In this document: in pieces, positions 27,375-34,858 of the stretch
Numbering within the stretch: position 1 is the stretch's first letter
Layout of the letters: every line of letters starts with the position of its first letter
IMG/VR virus record: IMGVR_UViG_3300045000_000052
Coordinates: 1 to 56,250 of that record
Length of the DNA stretch: 56,250 nt
Reading direction: 5' to 3' (one strand)
Source of the DNA: a virus
Taxonomy: Duplodnaviria > Caudoviricetes
Notes under the pieces: model-generated
Told to the model about the DNA's origin: nothing
What the model saw: the letters and a program-made list of their open reading frames with translations, nothing else
Databases searched by the model: none
Translations under genes and position numbers: made by a program

Positions 27375-27937
27375 TACGCGGCCTTGTTGACCAGCACGCG
27401 GAACTGATTCGCGGTGGGCACGGTCGAGCCGAAGTCAATGCCGACCGTGTTGGTGCCGGGCCGGGTGATGACCGGGTGCACAGTCTGCCCGTCCGAGATC
27501 CGGTACACGGTGCAGTGCACGTCCTTGGTGGCCAGGTTATGCGTCACGGTGTAGGTCGAGGCGGCCCCGTCGCCGATGCTGGCCACGTACCCGCCGGCGG
27601 ACCCCCCGGCCGCCTCGAGCGCGGTGATCCGGGTGCCGTGGTTGCCCAGCGTGGTGGCTGTGGTGGCCGCGTAGTTCGGGTCATCGCCCAGCGCGGCGGC
27701 CAGCTCGTTGAGGGTGTCCAGGGTGGACGGTGCCCCGGCGATGTCGAGCACCGTGGAGATCCGCCCGTCCACGTAGGACTGGGCGTCGCTGATCGTGGAG
27801 ATTGTCTGGGTGCCGGTGTGGTTGGCCCGGTTCTCGGCGGTGGCCACGGCGGCATCCAGCTGGGATTTGATCACCCCGTCCGTGCTGGCGGTACCCGCCT
27901 CATGACTGATCTTTCCGTAGAACTGGTCGGTTGCCAT
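27374..27937 (-). CDS. Tail fibre-associated protein
   Basis: NRANHTGTQ, APSTLDTLNELAAALGDDPN, VTHNLAT motifs. Confidence 0.75.
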   Translation of the reverse strand: MATDQFYGKISHEAGTASTDGVIKSQLDAAVATAENRANHTGTQTISTISDAQSYVDGRISTVLDIAGAPSTLDTLNELAAALGDDPNYAATTATTLGNHGTRITALEAAGGSAGGYVASIGDGAASTYTVTHNLATKDVHCTVYRISDGQTVHPVITRPGTNTVGIDFGSTVPTANQFRVLVNKAA

Positions 27938-27946
27938 GTGTGCCCC

Positions 27947-28585
27947 TTAGGAGAGCCGGACTACGCCGGTGAAGTCAGACGGGAAATCCAGACGCACCTC
28001 GGCGCCGGGGGTGGTGTAGGTCAACAGCGGGTGGTGCGTGTCGCCGTTGGTATGCAGTGCCTCGACCCCGGCCGGGTCGAACCCGAGTTCGTGGGTGATG
28101 ATCGCCACGGTGGTCGGGTCGTTGACCGAGTACAGGAACCCGAGCGCGATGAACCCGCCGCCGCCGGCCGGGGGCAGCTGCCCGGCGGGCACCTTGCCGT
28201 CCAGCCCGAGGGTGGCCGTGCCGCCGGGTACGCCCAGCTCGGCCCGGGTGAGGTACAGGCTCGGGTTGAGCGTGACCGGGTTGAGCGTGTCGGGGTCGAC
28301 CTGGTGCGCGTCCGCCTCGATCACGGTCGTCGGGTCGGGCGGCGAGGGCACGTCCACATAGATGCTCGAGCTACGCCACACCCGGATCTTGGTGGCCACC
28401 CCGTAGCCGGCGGTCGGGGGGAGCCGGAGTTCCCAGTTGCCCTCGTTGTCGGTCACCGTGGAGTCGACCCCGCCGGTGATGGGTGGCACCGCGGCGCCGA
28501 GCGGCCACAGCGCGGCGGTCACCAGCCGGCCGGTGATCGGGTCGCCCGACTCGGGGTCGACCGCCACGCCGTGAACACGCGTCAT
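27947..28585 (-). CDS. Minor tail protein
   Basis: TDNEGNWELRL, GTATLGLDGKVPAGQLP, ITHELG. Confidence 0.7.
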   Translation of the reverse strand: MTRVHGVAVDPESGDPITGRLVTAALWPLGAAVPPITGGVDSTVTDNEGNWELRLPPTAGYGVATKIRVWRSSSIYVDVPSPPDPTTVIEADAHQVDPDTLNPVTLNPSLYLTRAELGVPGGTATLGLDGKVPAGQLPPAGGGGFIALGFLYSVNDPTTVAIITHELGFDPAGVEALHTNGDTHHPLLTYTTPGAEVRLDFPSDFTGVVRLS

Positions 28586-28595
28586 CTCGGGCCTC

Positions 28596-28754
28596 TCAGT
28601 AGTACCAGCGGCGCGGGCCGACCGGGCGGCCCGCCACGGACAGCAGCATCAGCACCAGCCCCACGATGAGCAGAATCCAGCCGATCACCCACAGCGGGTA
28701 GATCGGCAGGGCCAGGTAGTAGACCAGCAGGAAGATCAACCCCAGGATGATCAT
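28596..28754 (-). CDS. Small hydrophobic membrane protein (DUF6131-like)
   Basis: Hand translation MIILGLIFLLVYYLALPIYPLWVIGWILLIVGLVLMLLSVAGRPVGPRRWYY; ATGA-coupled to the holin; below the ORF-track cutoff. Confidence 0.7.
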   Translation of the reverse strand: MIILGLIFLLVYYLALPIYPLWVIGWILLIVGLVLMLLSVAGRPVGPRRWYY

Positions 28755-29041
28755 GACGTGTACCCCTCGGGGTAGTCAGCGGTGCCGGTGCCCAGGGGGC
28801 CCGGGATGGTGCCGTAATCCTCGGGGCGCGGCTGGTGCGGGGCGGCGTACCCGGCGACCCCGGGCAGCCCGCCGCCGGCCAGCACGCCGAGCACGATGGA
28901 CAGCCACGTCGGTACCCCGGGAAAGATCGTGGGGTCGCCGAGGATGACGGGCAGCCCGGTGAGGATGAGCCCCACCAGCGCGCCCACCAGGGCGGCCCAC
29001 TTGACTTTGGGCGCAACGGGCGCCGAGGTGTCATCGGCCAT
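28751..29041 (-). CDS. Holin
   Basis: Two TM segments (PKVKWAAL...AGYAAPHQPR) directly after the endolysin. Confidence 0.75.
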   Translation of the reverse strand: MADDTSAPVAPKVKWAALVGALVGLILTGLPVILGDPTIFPGVPTWLSIVLGVLAGGGLPGVAGYAAPHQPRPEDYGTIPGPLGTGTADYPEGYTS

Positions 29042-29053
29042 GGTCGAGGCTCC

Positions 29054-29806
29054 CTACTTTTTCGTGGTTGCCATGCCGGCCACTACTCCGGCCAACAGGG
29101 TTTTGATGTCATCCAGCTGCTGCTGAATGGGCTTGGCGCCCTTGGTCGGGGCGGTCGGTGCGTGCTCGGGATCTCCCACGCCGAGCGCGGACAGCGTTTG
29201 GTTGCGGGCCCACCCGACGTCATCGCGGCGGGCCAGCGCGGCCAACTCCTCACGGACCACGGCGCGCACCTCATCGAGTGTTGGCATGTCGTCCTCCTGC
29301 TCGGTCGAGGCGCCGGCCAGCCGAGCGCGCCAGGTGTTGTATTTGGTCATCGCGTCGGCGGCGTACGCCTCGGCGGCCGGGCCGCTGCCGTTGTAGGCGC
29401 GGAACCCATCGCGCAGCCCCTTGGCCTTGATGAGGGCGGCCAGGGCGGTGAACCCGGTGCGCACGTTGGCCCGCCAATCCCAGCAGCCGCCGGCGCGGTC
29501 GGCGAGATCTTGGTATCCGCCGTAGGTCAGCTGGGTCGGCCCGCATCCTTGGCGCCCGGCGCGGCCAGCGACCACGGCGGCCCGGTACGCCAGGTAGGCG
29601 GACTGGGTGACGGCGGCGCCCTTGGTATAGGTGCCCGGCGCGATGGACACCGCATCCGAGCCCCAGACGTTGCGGCCGCCACCGGACTCTTTGATCAGCA
29701 TCGTCGCCGCGGCGGCCAGGTCCAGTGACGTGGCGGCGGCCAGCTCGATGACCTCGGCCGGGCGCAGGATTCCGCCGGCGGCCAGGATCTCGGCGGCGCT
29801 GGCCAT
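29054..29806 (-). CDS. Endolysin (lysozyme-like / lytic transglycosylase fold)
   Basis: MASAAEIL start; KESGG (catalytic E), GCGPTQLT, RAYNGSG; EDDM linker; followed by holin. Confidence 0.8.
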   Translation of the reverse strand: MASAAEILAAGGILRPAEVIELAAATSLDLAAAATMLIKESGGGRNVWGSDAVSIAPGTYTKGAAVTQSAYLAYRAAVVAGRAGRQGCGPTQLTYGGYQDLADRAGGCWDWRANVRTGFTALAALIKAKGLRDGFRAYNGSGPAAEAYAADAMTKYNTWRARLAGASTEQEDDMPTLDEVRAVVREELAALARRDDVGWARNQTLSALGVGDPEHAPTAPTKGAKPIQQQLDDIKTLLAGVVAGMATTKK

Positions 29807-30549
29807 CAGACGTAGATGTTCTTGCCGGGCCGCCCGAGCAGCCGTTGCCCTGAGCGGGAGTAGGCCGAGCGCTTGCGGGTCCGCACCCACTCGGGCAGCT
29901 CGGCGCCGAACACCTGATCGACCTTGCCGGCGCGCCACCGCACGTAGTAGCCGCCCTTGGTCATCGTGAACGGTTTCGAGATCTTGCCGAGCCAGTCCAG
30001 GGTCTGGCCCTTGATGGCCTCGGCGTTGAACCATGAGGCGGTGACAAAGCTGGACACCGACACGGAGCCGATCACGTAGAAATCGGACTGCACCGGGTCG
30101 CACACCTCGGCGCACACCATGAACCCCCGGCCGGTGTCGCACCAGGTGGCGCAGAACGGGTCCACCGCCAGCTCGCACACCTCATGGGAGAGCACCGAGC
30201 TGACCGAGAACGCGCCGGTGGTCGCCTTGGCGCCGTTCTCGAGGCACACCTTGACCCCGATGATGCCGCTGACTAAGCCGGTGCGGCCGTCCACGGTGTG
30301 ATAGCCGAGCGCGTCGGGCTCGTCCATCTCGTCGGCCAGGGTGATCACCCGGGCGCCCCGGGGCAGTACCTCGGTGACCTTGGCGTAGCGGACCGCCACG
30401 GGGGTGAGCCCCCAGCACGGCGCCAGGTCTGATGTCACCTGGGTGGCGCACGCGGCCGTCATCGCCTGGGCTTGGGTCTCGGTGATCAGCTTGGACTTGT
30501 TGATCACGTAGATGGCAGGGTCGGGGAGCACGAGTTTTACCGGGGCCAT
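29806..30549 (-). CDS. Putative zincin-like metallopeptidase (HExxE)
   Basis: ALGYH, SHEVCELAVDP, EVCDPV, VSSFV. Confidence 0.6.
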   Translation of the reverse strand: MAPVKLVLPDPAIYVINKSKLITETQAQAMTAACATQVTSDLAPCWGLTPVAVRYAKVTEVLPRGARVITLADEMDEPDALGYHTVDGRTGLVSGIIGVKVCLENGAKATTGAFSVSSVLSHEVCELAVDPFCATWCDTGRGFMVCAEVCDPVQSDFYVIGSVSVSSFVTASWFNAEAIKGQTLDWLGKISKPFTMTKGGYYVRWRAGKVDQVFGAELPEWVRTRKRSAYSRSGQRLLGRPGKNIYV

Positions 30550-30578
30550 GGTCTCCTCATCGGGGGTGAGGGGGCGGG

Positions 30579-30621
30579 CGCCGGGCCGACCAGTCGGGGG
30601 GGTTGCCTGGTCGGCCCGGCG
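30579..30621 (-). terminator. Hairpin closing the sortase unit
   Basis: 15-bp perfect inverted repeat CGCCGGGCCGACCAG/CTGGTCGGCCCGGCG. Confidence 0.6.
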
Positions 30622-30632
30622 ATCACATGATG

Positions 30633-31064
30633 TCAGCCCTCGGGACTGGAGAGGGTCGGGTCCAGCCCGTCACCCGGGGTGCCGCCGCTGTCGTCCACCG
30701 GCACCGGGTTCTCGGGGTCGGCGGCCAGGTCCCGCATTCGGGTCGATGCCGCGCGCATGCCGTCCAGCGCGTTGGCCACCTCGGTGCGCAGCTGGCCAGC
30801 CTCGGCCGAGCCTGGCTCGGCGTTGGCCAGCGCCTCGGTGAGCCGCTCGATCTCGGCCGTGTTGGCATCGAGCTTGTCGGCCACCCCGTTGGTCGCGTCG
30901 TTGAGTTCCGATACGGCGTCGTCTACTTCACTCACCTGGTCACTCACTCTCTCTAGTGCTCGCGTGATCCTTTGTTCCGCCGCCGCCAGGTCCGCCCTGG
31001 TCGCCGGACGATTCGGGTTGCGTTGCCACCACCGGCCCAGCACTTCGCTCAGCCTTTCGCTCAT
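30633..31064 (-). CDS. Acidic coiled-coil protein (start could be GTG 30947)
   Basis: Heptad D/E/A-rich helix with Pro/Asp tail. Confidence 0.6.
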   Translation of the reverse strand: MSERLSEVLGRWWQRNPNRPATRADLAAAEQRITRALERVSDQVSEVDDAVSELNDATNGVADKLDANTAEIERLTEALANAEPGSAEAGQLRTEVANALDGMRAASTRMRDLAADPENPVPVDDSGGTPGDGLDPTLSSPEG

Positions 31065-31311
31065 CGCCACCTCTCTGTTTCGGCAGCGCCGCCTGGGCCC
31101 ACCGGCTGACCAGCTGCGCCGCCTCGGTTGCCAGCAGCTGTATCTGACAGGGCCAGGGTGCCGCCCAGGATTCCGAGTCGCACACCGCGCACCGGCCGTA
31201 GTCGTTGGCCACGTGCGCGGCGAGCAGCGCGTCATAGAGCTGGTGGGTGGCCAGGAACAGCACGGCGTTGGCGTCGTCACCCGGGTCCGAGGCATCGCGG
31301 GTGACCGCCAC
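30940..31311 (-). CDS. Hypothetical protein (H...CxxC...WPC)
   Basis: LAAH...GRCAVCD...PWPC. Confidence 0.5.
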   Translation of the reverse strand: MAVTRDASDPGDDANAVLFLATHQLYDALLAAHVANDYGRCAVCDSESWAAPWPCQIQLLATEAAQLVSRWAQAALPKQRGGDERKAERSAGPVVATQPESSGDQGGPGGGGTKDHASTRESE

Positions 31312-31312
31312 G

Positions 31313-31927
31313 TCACCCGGCGCCGCGGTCCGGGCTGGCGTAGATGATGTTGCTATCGACGTAGGTATCTGCCCGATGATCGAATCGGCCGCCACAAGTG
31401 ATCAGAGTAAGGCGAGACACCGGCTGGTCACCGAAAACGCGGTCAAACGGAAACGCGGCTTTCTTGATCTGTTGCTTTCCGGTGATCACGTAGCGGTGCA
31501 CCGCGCCGGCCCGGTTGGTGACCTCGACCCGATCTCCCTTGCGTAGCTCGGCGAGGTGGCCGAACGCGGCGAGGCTGCCGCCCCAGTCGACGTGTCCCAC
31601 CATCACGCTCGGGCCGACGTCGCCGGGCTGCTGGGTGTAGCAGTACCAGCCGGCCAGCAGCGGGCGCCGATCGAGGGGCACCAGGTTGATGTCATCGGCG
31701 GCGGTGAGCCCCACCCGGGTGACGTCGACCCGTAGCCCCTGGCTCGGAAAGGCCAGGCGCATCGGGTCGTTCGGACTATCCGGGGCGCTCTCACAGTTGT
31801 CACCGGTGGGGAGCTGGCTCGCCGGGCTGCCGCCCACGGTGCTCGGCGAGCCAGCCTGGCACCCGACCAACGCCGCTAGCGCCAGCAGCGTGGCGGCCAG
31901 GGCCAGTCCTAGCGGCCGCGCAGCCAC
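31313..31927 (-). CDS. Class F sortase
   Basis: N-terminal anchor (LVGC lipobox-like), AGWY...PGDVGPSVMVGHVD, FGHLAELRKGDRV, KAAFP, LTLITCGGRFD...YVDSNIIYA. Confidence 0.9.
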   Translation of the reverse strand: MAARPLGLALAATLLALAALVGCQAGSPSTVGGSPASQLPTGDNCESAPDSPNDPMRLAFPSQGLRVDVTRVGLTAADDINLVPLDRRPLLAGWYCYTQQPGDVGPSVMVGHVDWGGSLAAFGHLAELRKGDRVEVTNRAGAVHRYVITGKQQIKKAAFPFDRVFGDQPVSRLTLITCGGRFDHRADTYVDSNIIYASPDRGAG

Positions 31928-32517
31928 AGCCGGCCCACATAGACCGCCGCGGTGACACCGACGCTCAGCAGGGCGTACAGCGCCATCACGGGGGCGAGCG
32001 AGTTGTCCGTGTCGAACTGCTCAGCCGAACCGAGGCTCGAGCCGTCACCGGTCTCGGGGGCCCGGGCCGGGCGGCGGTGCGTCTGGCGGTCCTGGGTGGC
32101 CGAGCCGCTCGAGCTGGACGGGGCGCTCGAGGTGCTCGAGGGCGGCACCACCACGATCACCTCATCGGCGCACTCGGTGGCCACCCGATCCTCGGCCAGC
32201 ACCTTGGCCGCCTTGAGCGTGAGCACGGCGCGGATCCGGGCCACCGCGTCCTCGTTGGCCACCGCCGGGGTGCCCACCAGGGTGCCCAGGCCGAGGCGGC
32301 GGGTGAGTTCATCGACCGTGGCGGTGACCCCGTCCAGGCGGCCCAGGGCATTGTTGAGGTCGGTGGTGACGGCGCCCAGGCTCAGCCGGGCATCGGCGCA
32401 GAGACTCGCCGAGACCGCCGGCGCCGGGGTGGCGGCGTGCGCGGCCGGGGCGCCGAGCAGCGCGATGCCGGCGGTGAGCACCACGCCGAACGCGGCCGAG
32501 GCGATGGGGGATCGCAT
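31909..32517 (-). CDS. Secreted cell-wall-anchored protein (sortase substrate, APETG)
   Basis: Sec signal ending PAAHA|A, helical core with two Cys, S/P linker, PARAPETGDGS, TM segment, basic tail RLWLRGR. Confidence 0.8.
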   Translation of the reverse strand: MRSPIASAAFGVVLTAGIALLGAPAAHAATPAPAVSASLCADARLSLGAVTTDLNNALGRLDGVTATVDELTRRLGLGTLVGTPAVANEDAVARIRAVLTLKAAKVLAEDRVATECADEVIVVVPPSSTSSAPSSSSGSATQDRQTHRRPARAPETGDGSSLGSAEQFDTDNSLAPVMALYALLSVGVTAAVYVGRLWLRGR

Positions 32518-32542
32518 GAGGTGTGCTCCCTGCTGGTCGGGG

Positions 32543-32669
32543 GGTTGACACCGATCTAACGAGTGCCGCCCGAGCCCGTTACTCCTGCCAACCGCGGCTA
32601 CCGGTTCACAGGTCACGGCAGGCGCGGCGCGTCGGGGTTGAGTAACGGGCTCGGGCGTGTGACTCAACC
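32543..32669 (-). promoter_or_regulatory. Large inverted-repeat element containing an ECF-type promoter motif
   Basis: 18-bp perfect inverted repeat 32567-32584/32640-32657; GTAAC-N16-CGTT on the minus strand at 32582-32558. Confidence 0.5.
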
Positions 32670-32734
32670 GGGCGGGGTCCGGGGCCGGTTGCCTTACCTA
32701 GGGGAGCGGTACGTGCCGAACGCTGACAGATTTC

Positions 32735-33925
32735 TCAACCGCCGAGCAAGCCGCCCAGTAACCCGGGGTCGGTGGGCGTAGTGCTCGGTGCGGTGGGCTG
32801 CTCAATGGGCGCACTTGGCCCAGGCTGAACGGTCGGACTGGGCTGTTCGGTGGTAGGTGGCGGCTGATCGGTGGCGGGCGGCGGCTGTTCGGGGGTAGGC
32901 GTCGGGGTCGGTGCCGGTTCGCCGGTTGAGCCACCCGGGCAGGCGCCGTCACCGGCCGGCGCCCGGTCGGCGGTGCCATCGGTGTAGGTGACAACCGACT
33001 CGCACGCACCCTGGGCATTGCGCTGAAAACGCGGGCCGGTCGCCACCCCCCGACCCACCGCACCAGGTTCACCATTCTTGCCGGCCTCACCGGGGCTGCC
33101 CTGAAACTCGGCCCGGTGCGCGGCGATGTAGGCGGCCACGGCGGCGGTCACCTGAGCCTCGGTGGCCACCCCCTGCGGACCCATCGGCCCCCGGAACAGC
33201 AGGGGGTTGGACTCGATCACCGCCCGGGCCGCCTCGGTCACCGACTCGACCGAGGGGCGGTACAGGTTCGGGTGGCTGGTGAAGTAGTCCGCGATCAGCC
33301 GGGTGATCTCGGCATCGGTCGGCCCGGTGTCGGTCACGGACGGCACTTGGTTGGCCTTGACCGCGACATCGCACGCGCCGCGGGCCTGTAGCTGCTGGGC
33401 GAGCTGGTCGCCGCCGGCGCACAGCGCCAGGGTCTGTGACTTGACCGCGCCGTCCTGCTGCGCGGAATTCTGGGCCGAGCGGGACGTGGCCGGGCCGAGC
33501 AACGCGGCGGCCAGGATGCCGAGCACCAGCAGCGCGGCCCCGCCGATGAGCACCCAACTGGCCGGGAAATCCACCGCCTTGACGCGGGCCCACGCACCGC
33601 CGGCGGCGCTACTCAGACCAGTCCGGGCCGCGCGCAGTCGGGCCCCAGTCCGCCCCTTTTTCGGCGGGCTCGCCGAGGCGGTGCCGAGCGGGCGGGGCGG
33701 TTGCTGATGCGCGCTGAACCGGCGTTTGGTCTTCACGGTCGGGCGCCACGGCTGCTCGGGGATCCGCTCGGTTCGGTACCCCGGCGCCGGCGGATCGGAT
33801 GGTGCGGACGGGCTGCTCGCCGAGGTTGCCGATGCCGAGGGGGCGGGTGTCGAGCTGGGCGACCGGTCGCGCCGCGCGTGCCTCGTTGGCTTCTCGGTCC
33901 CGTTCGGTGTCGGTGTCTTGTTCAT
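32735..33925 (-). CDS. Membrane protein with collagen-like Gly-X-Y segments
   Basis: TM segment WVLIGGAALLVLGILAAALL; GPMGPQG, GSPGEAGKNGEPGAVGRG; Pro-rich tail; start uncertain. Confidence 0.7.
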   Translation of the reverse strand: MNKTPTPNGTEKPTRHARRDRSPSSTPAPSASATSASSPSAPSDPPAPGYRTERIPEQPWRPTVKTKRRFSAHQQPPRPLGTASASPPKKGRTGARLRAARTGLSSAAGGAWARVKAVDFPASWVLIGGAALLVLGILAAALLGPATSRSAQNSAQQDGAVKSQTLALCAGGDQLAQQLQARGACDVAVKANQVPSVTDTGPTDAEITRLIADYFTSHPNLYRPSVESVTEAARAVIESNPLLFRGPMGPQGVATEAQVTAAVAAYIAAHRAEFQGSPGEAGKNGEPGAVGRGVATGPRFQRNAQGACESVVTYTDGTADRAPAGDGACPGGSTGEPAPTPTPTPEQPPPATDQPPPTTEQPSPTVQPGPSAPIEQPTAPSTTPTDPGLLGGLLGG

Positions 33926-34163
33926 CCTCGCCCCCCAGCGCGGGCATGGGTGGTGCGTCCAGCCCGTTGGCGGCCAGCAGCACCCGGATACGGAATCCCC
34001 ACCTACTGACTAACGCGGCGTACTCGCGGAGGTCACGCAACTCTTTCTCTGCCTCGCGTTGCCGCCGGGTCAGCCGGGCGCCCACGAACGCCATCACCCC
34101 GCCGAGCCCGGCCACCAGCGTGGTCAGCGCCGTCATCAGCTGGGTCAAATCGGTGGTGCTCAC
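33609..34163 (-). CDS. Single-TM membrane protein (lysis-region type)
   Basis: LTTLVAGLGGVMAFVG, then a coiled coil and LLAANGLDAPPMP. Confidence 0.65.
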   Translation of the reverse strand: MSTTDLTQLMTALTTLVAGLGGVMAFVGARLTRRQREAEKELRDLREYAALVSRWGFRIRVLLAANGLDAPPMPALGGEDEQDTDTERDREANEARAARPVAQLDTRPLGIGNLGEQPVRTIRSAGAGVPNRADPRAAVAPDREDQTPVQRASATAPPARHRLGEPAEKGADWGPTARGPDWSE

Positions 34164-34858
34164 CGCGCCGGGCGGGGCGGTGGCGGGGGCCGGCGGTCGT
34201 CGGTGGGTGGGCCGCCCAGCAGCCGATCGGCCAGCGCCTCGGCGCTCTCGCGGTCCGGCATGCTCTGGGTGTCGCGGGCGGCCTGTTTGGTGGCCGCGTC
34301 CAGGTCGACCAGCTCGACCGTGTTGCGCCCGGCCCGGGCGGCCCGCAACGCGTTACGCCGGCGCCGGGTGAACTCCTGTTTCACCCGCATGTGCTCGGCC
34401 GAGATCGGCGCGGTGGCCTTGATGAACTCGAGGGGGTCGACCGCGCCGGAGTTGGTCAGCGCGGTGGCCTCGCCGATGGTGGCGGCCAGGTGCCGCGAGT
34501 TGCCCCGCTTGCCGGTGAGGCGCCCCTTGCCGCGGCGGGCCTTGACCGCCTTGAGCGCGGCCCGGCGCGCCTCGGCCACGGTCGGGGCGTTGAACAGGTG
34601 CTCGGGGTCGGCCAGTTGATCCTCGCTGCTCTGCTCGAGGTACCGCTCATAGATCACCAGGTGCACTAGGTCGTCCCACCCGGATGCCGTGCTCGGGTCT
34701 ATGCCGTACTCGGCGGCGCGGGACTCGAACGTGTCCACCGGCGTGATCCGGGCCATGGTCTCGGTCCGGCCGTCATCGTGGGTGAGGTTGAGCGTGAGCA
34801 CATACACCTGGGTGCCGCCCAGGGTCGACAGTTCCACGTGCTCGATCTCGATGTCCAT
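34160..34858 (-). CDS. Hypothetical tail-region protein
   Basis: MDIEIEH start coupled to the upstream stop; FESRAAEYGID. Confidence 0.7.
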   Translation of the reverse strand: MDIEIEHVELSTLGGTQVYVLTLNLTHDDGRTETMARITPVDTFESRAAEYGIDPSTASGWDDLVHLVIYERYLEQSSEDQLADPEHLFNAPTVAEARRAALKAVKARRGKGRLTGKRGNSRHLAATIGEATALTNSGAVDPLEFIKATAPISAEHMRVKQEFTRRRRNALRAARAGRNTVELVDLDAATKQAARDTQSMPDRESAEALADRLLGGPPTDDRRPPPPPRPAR

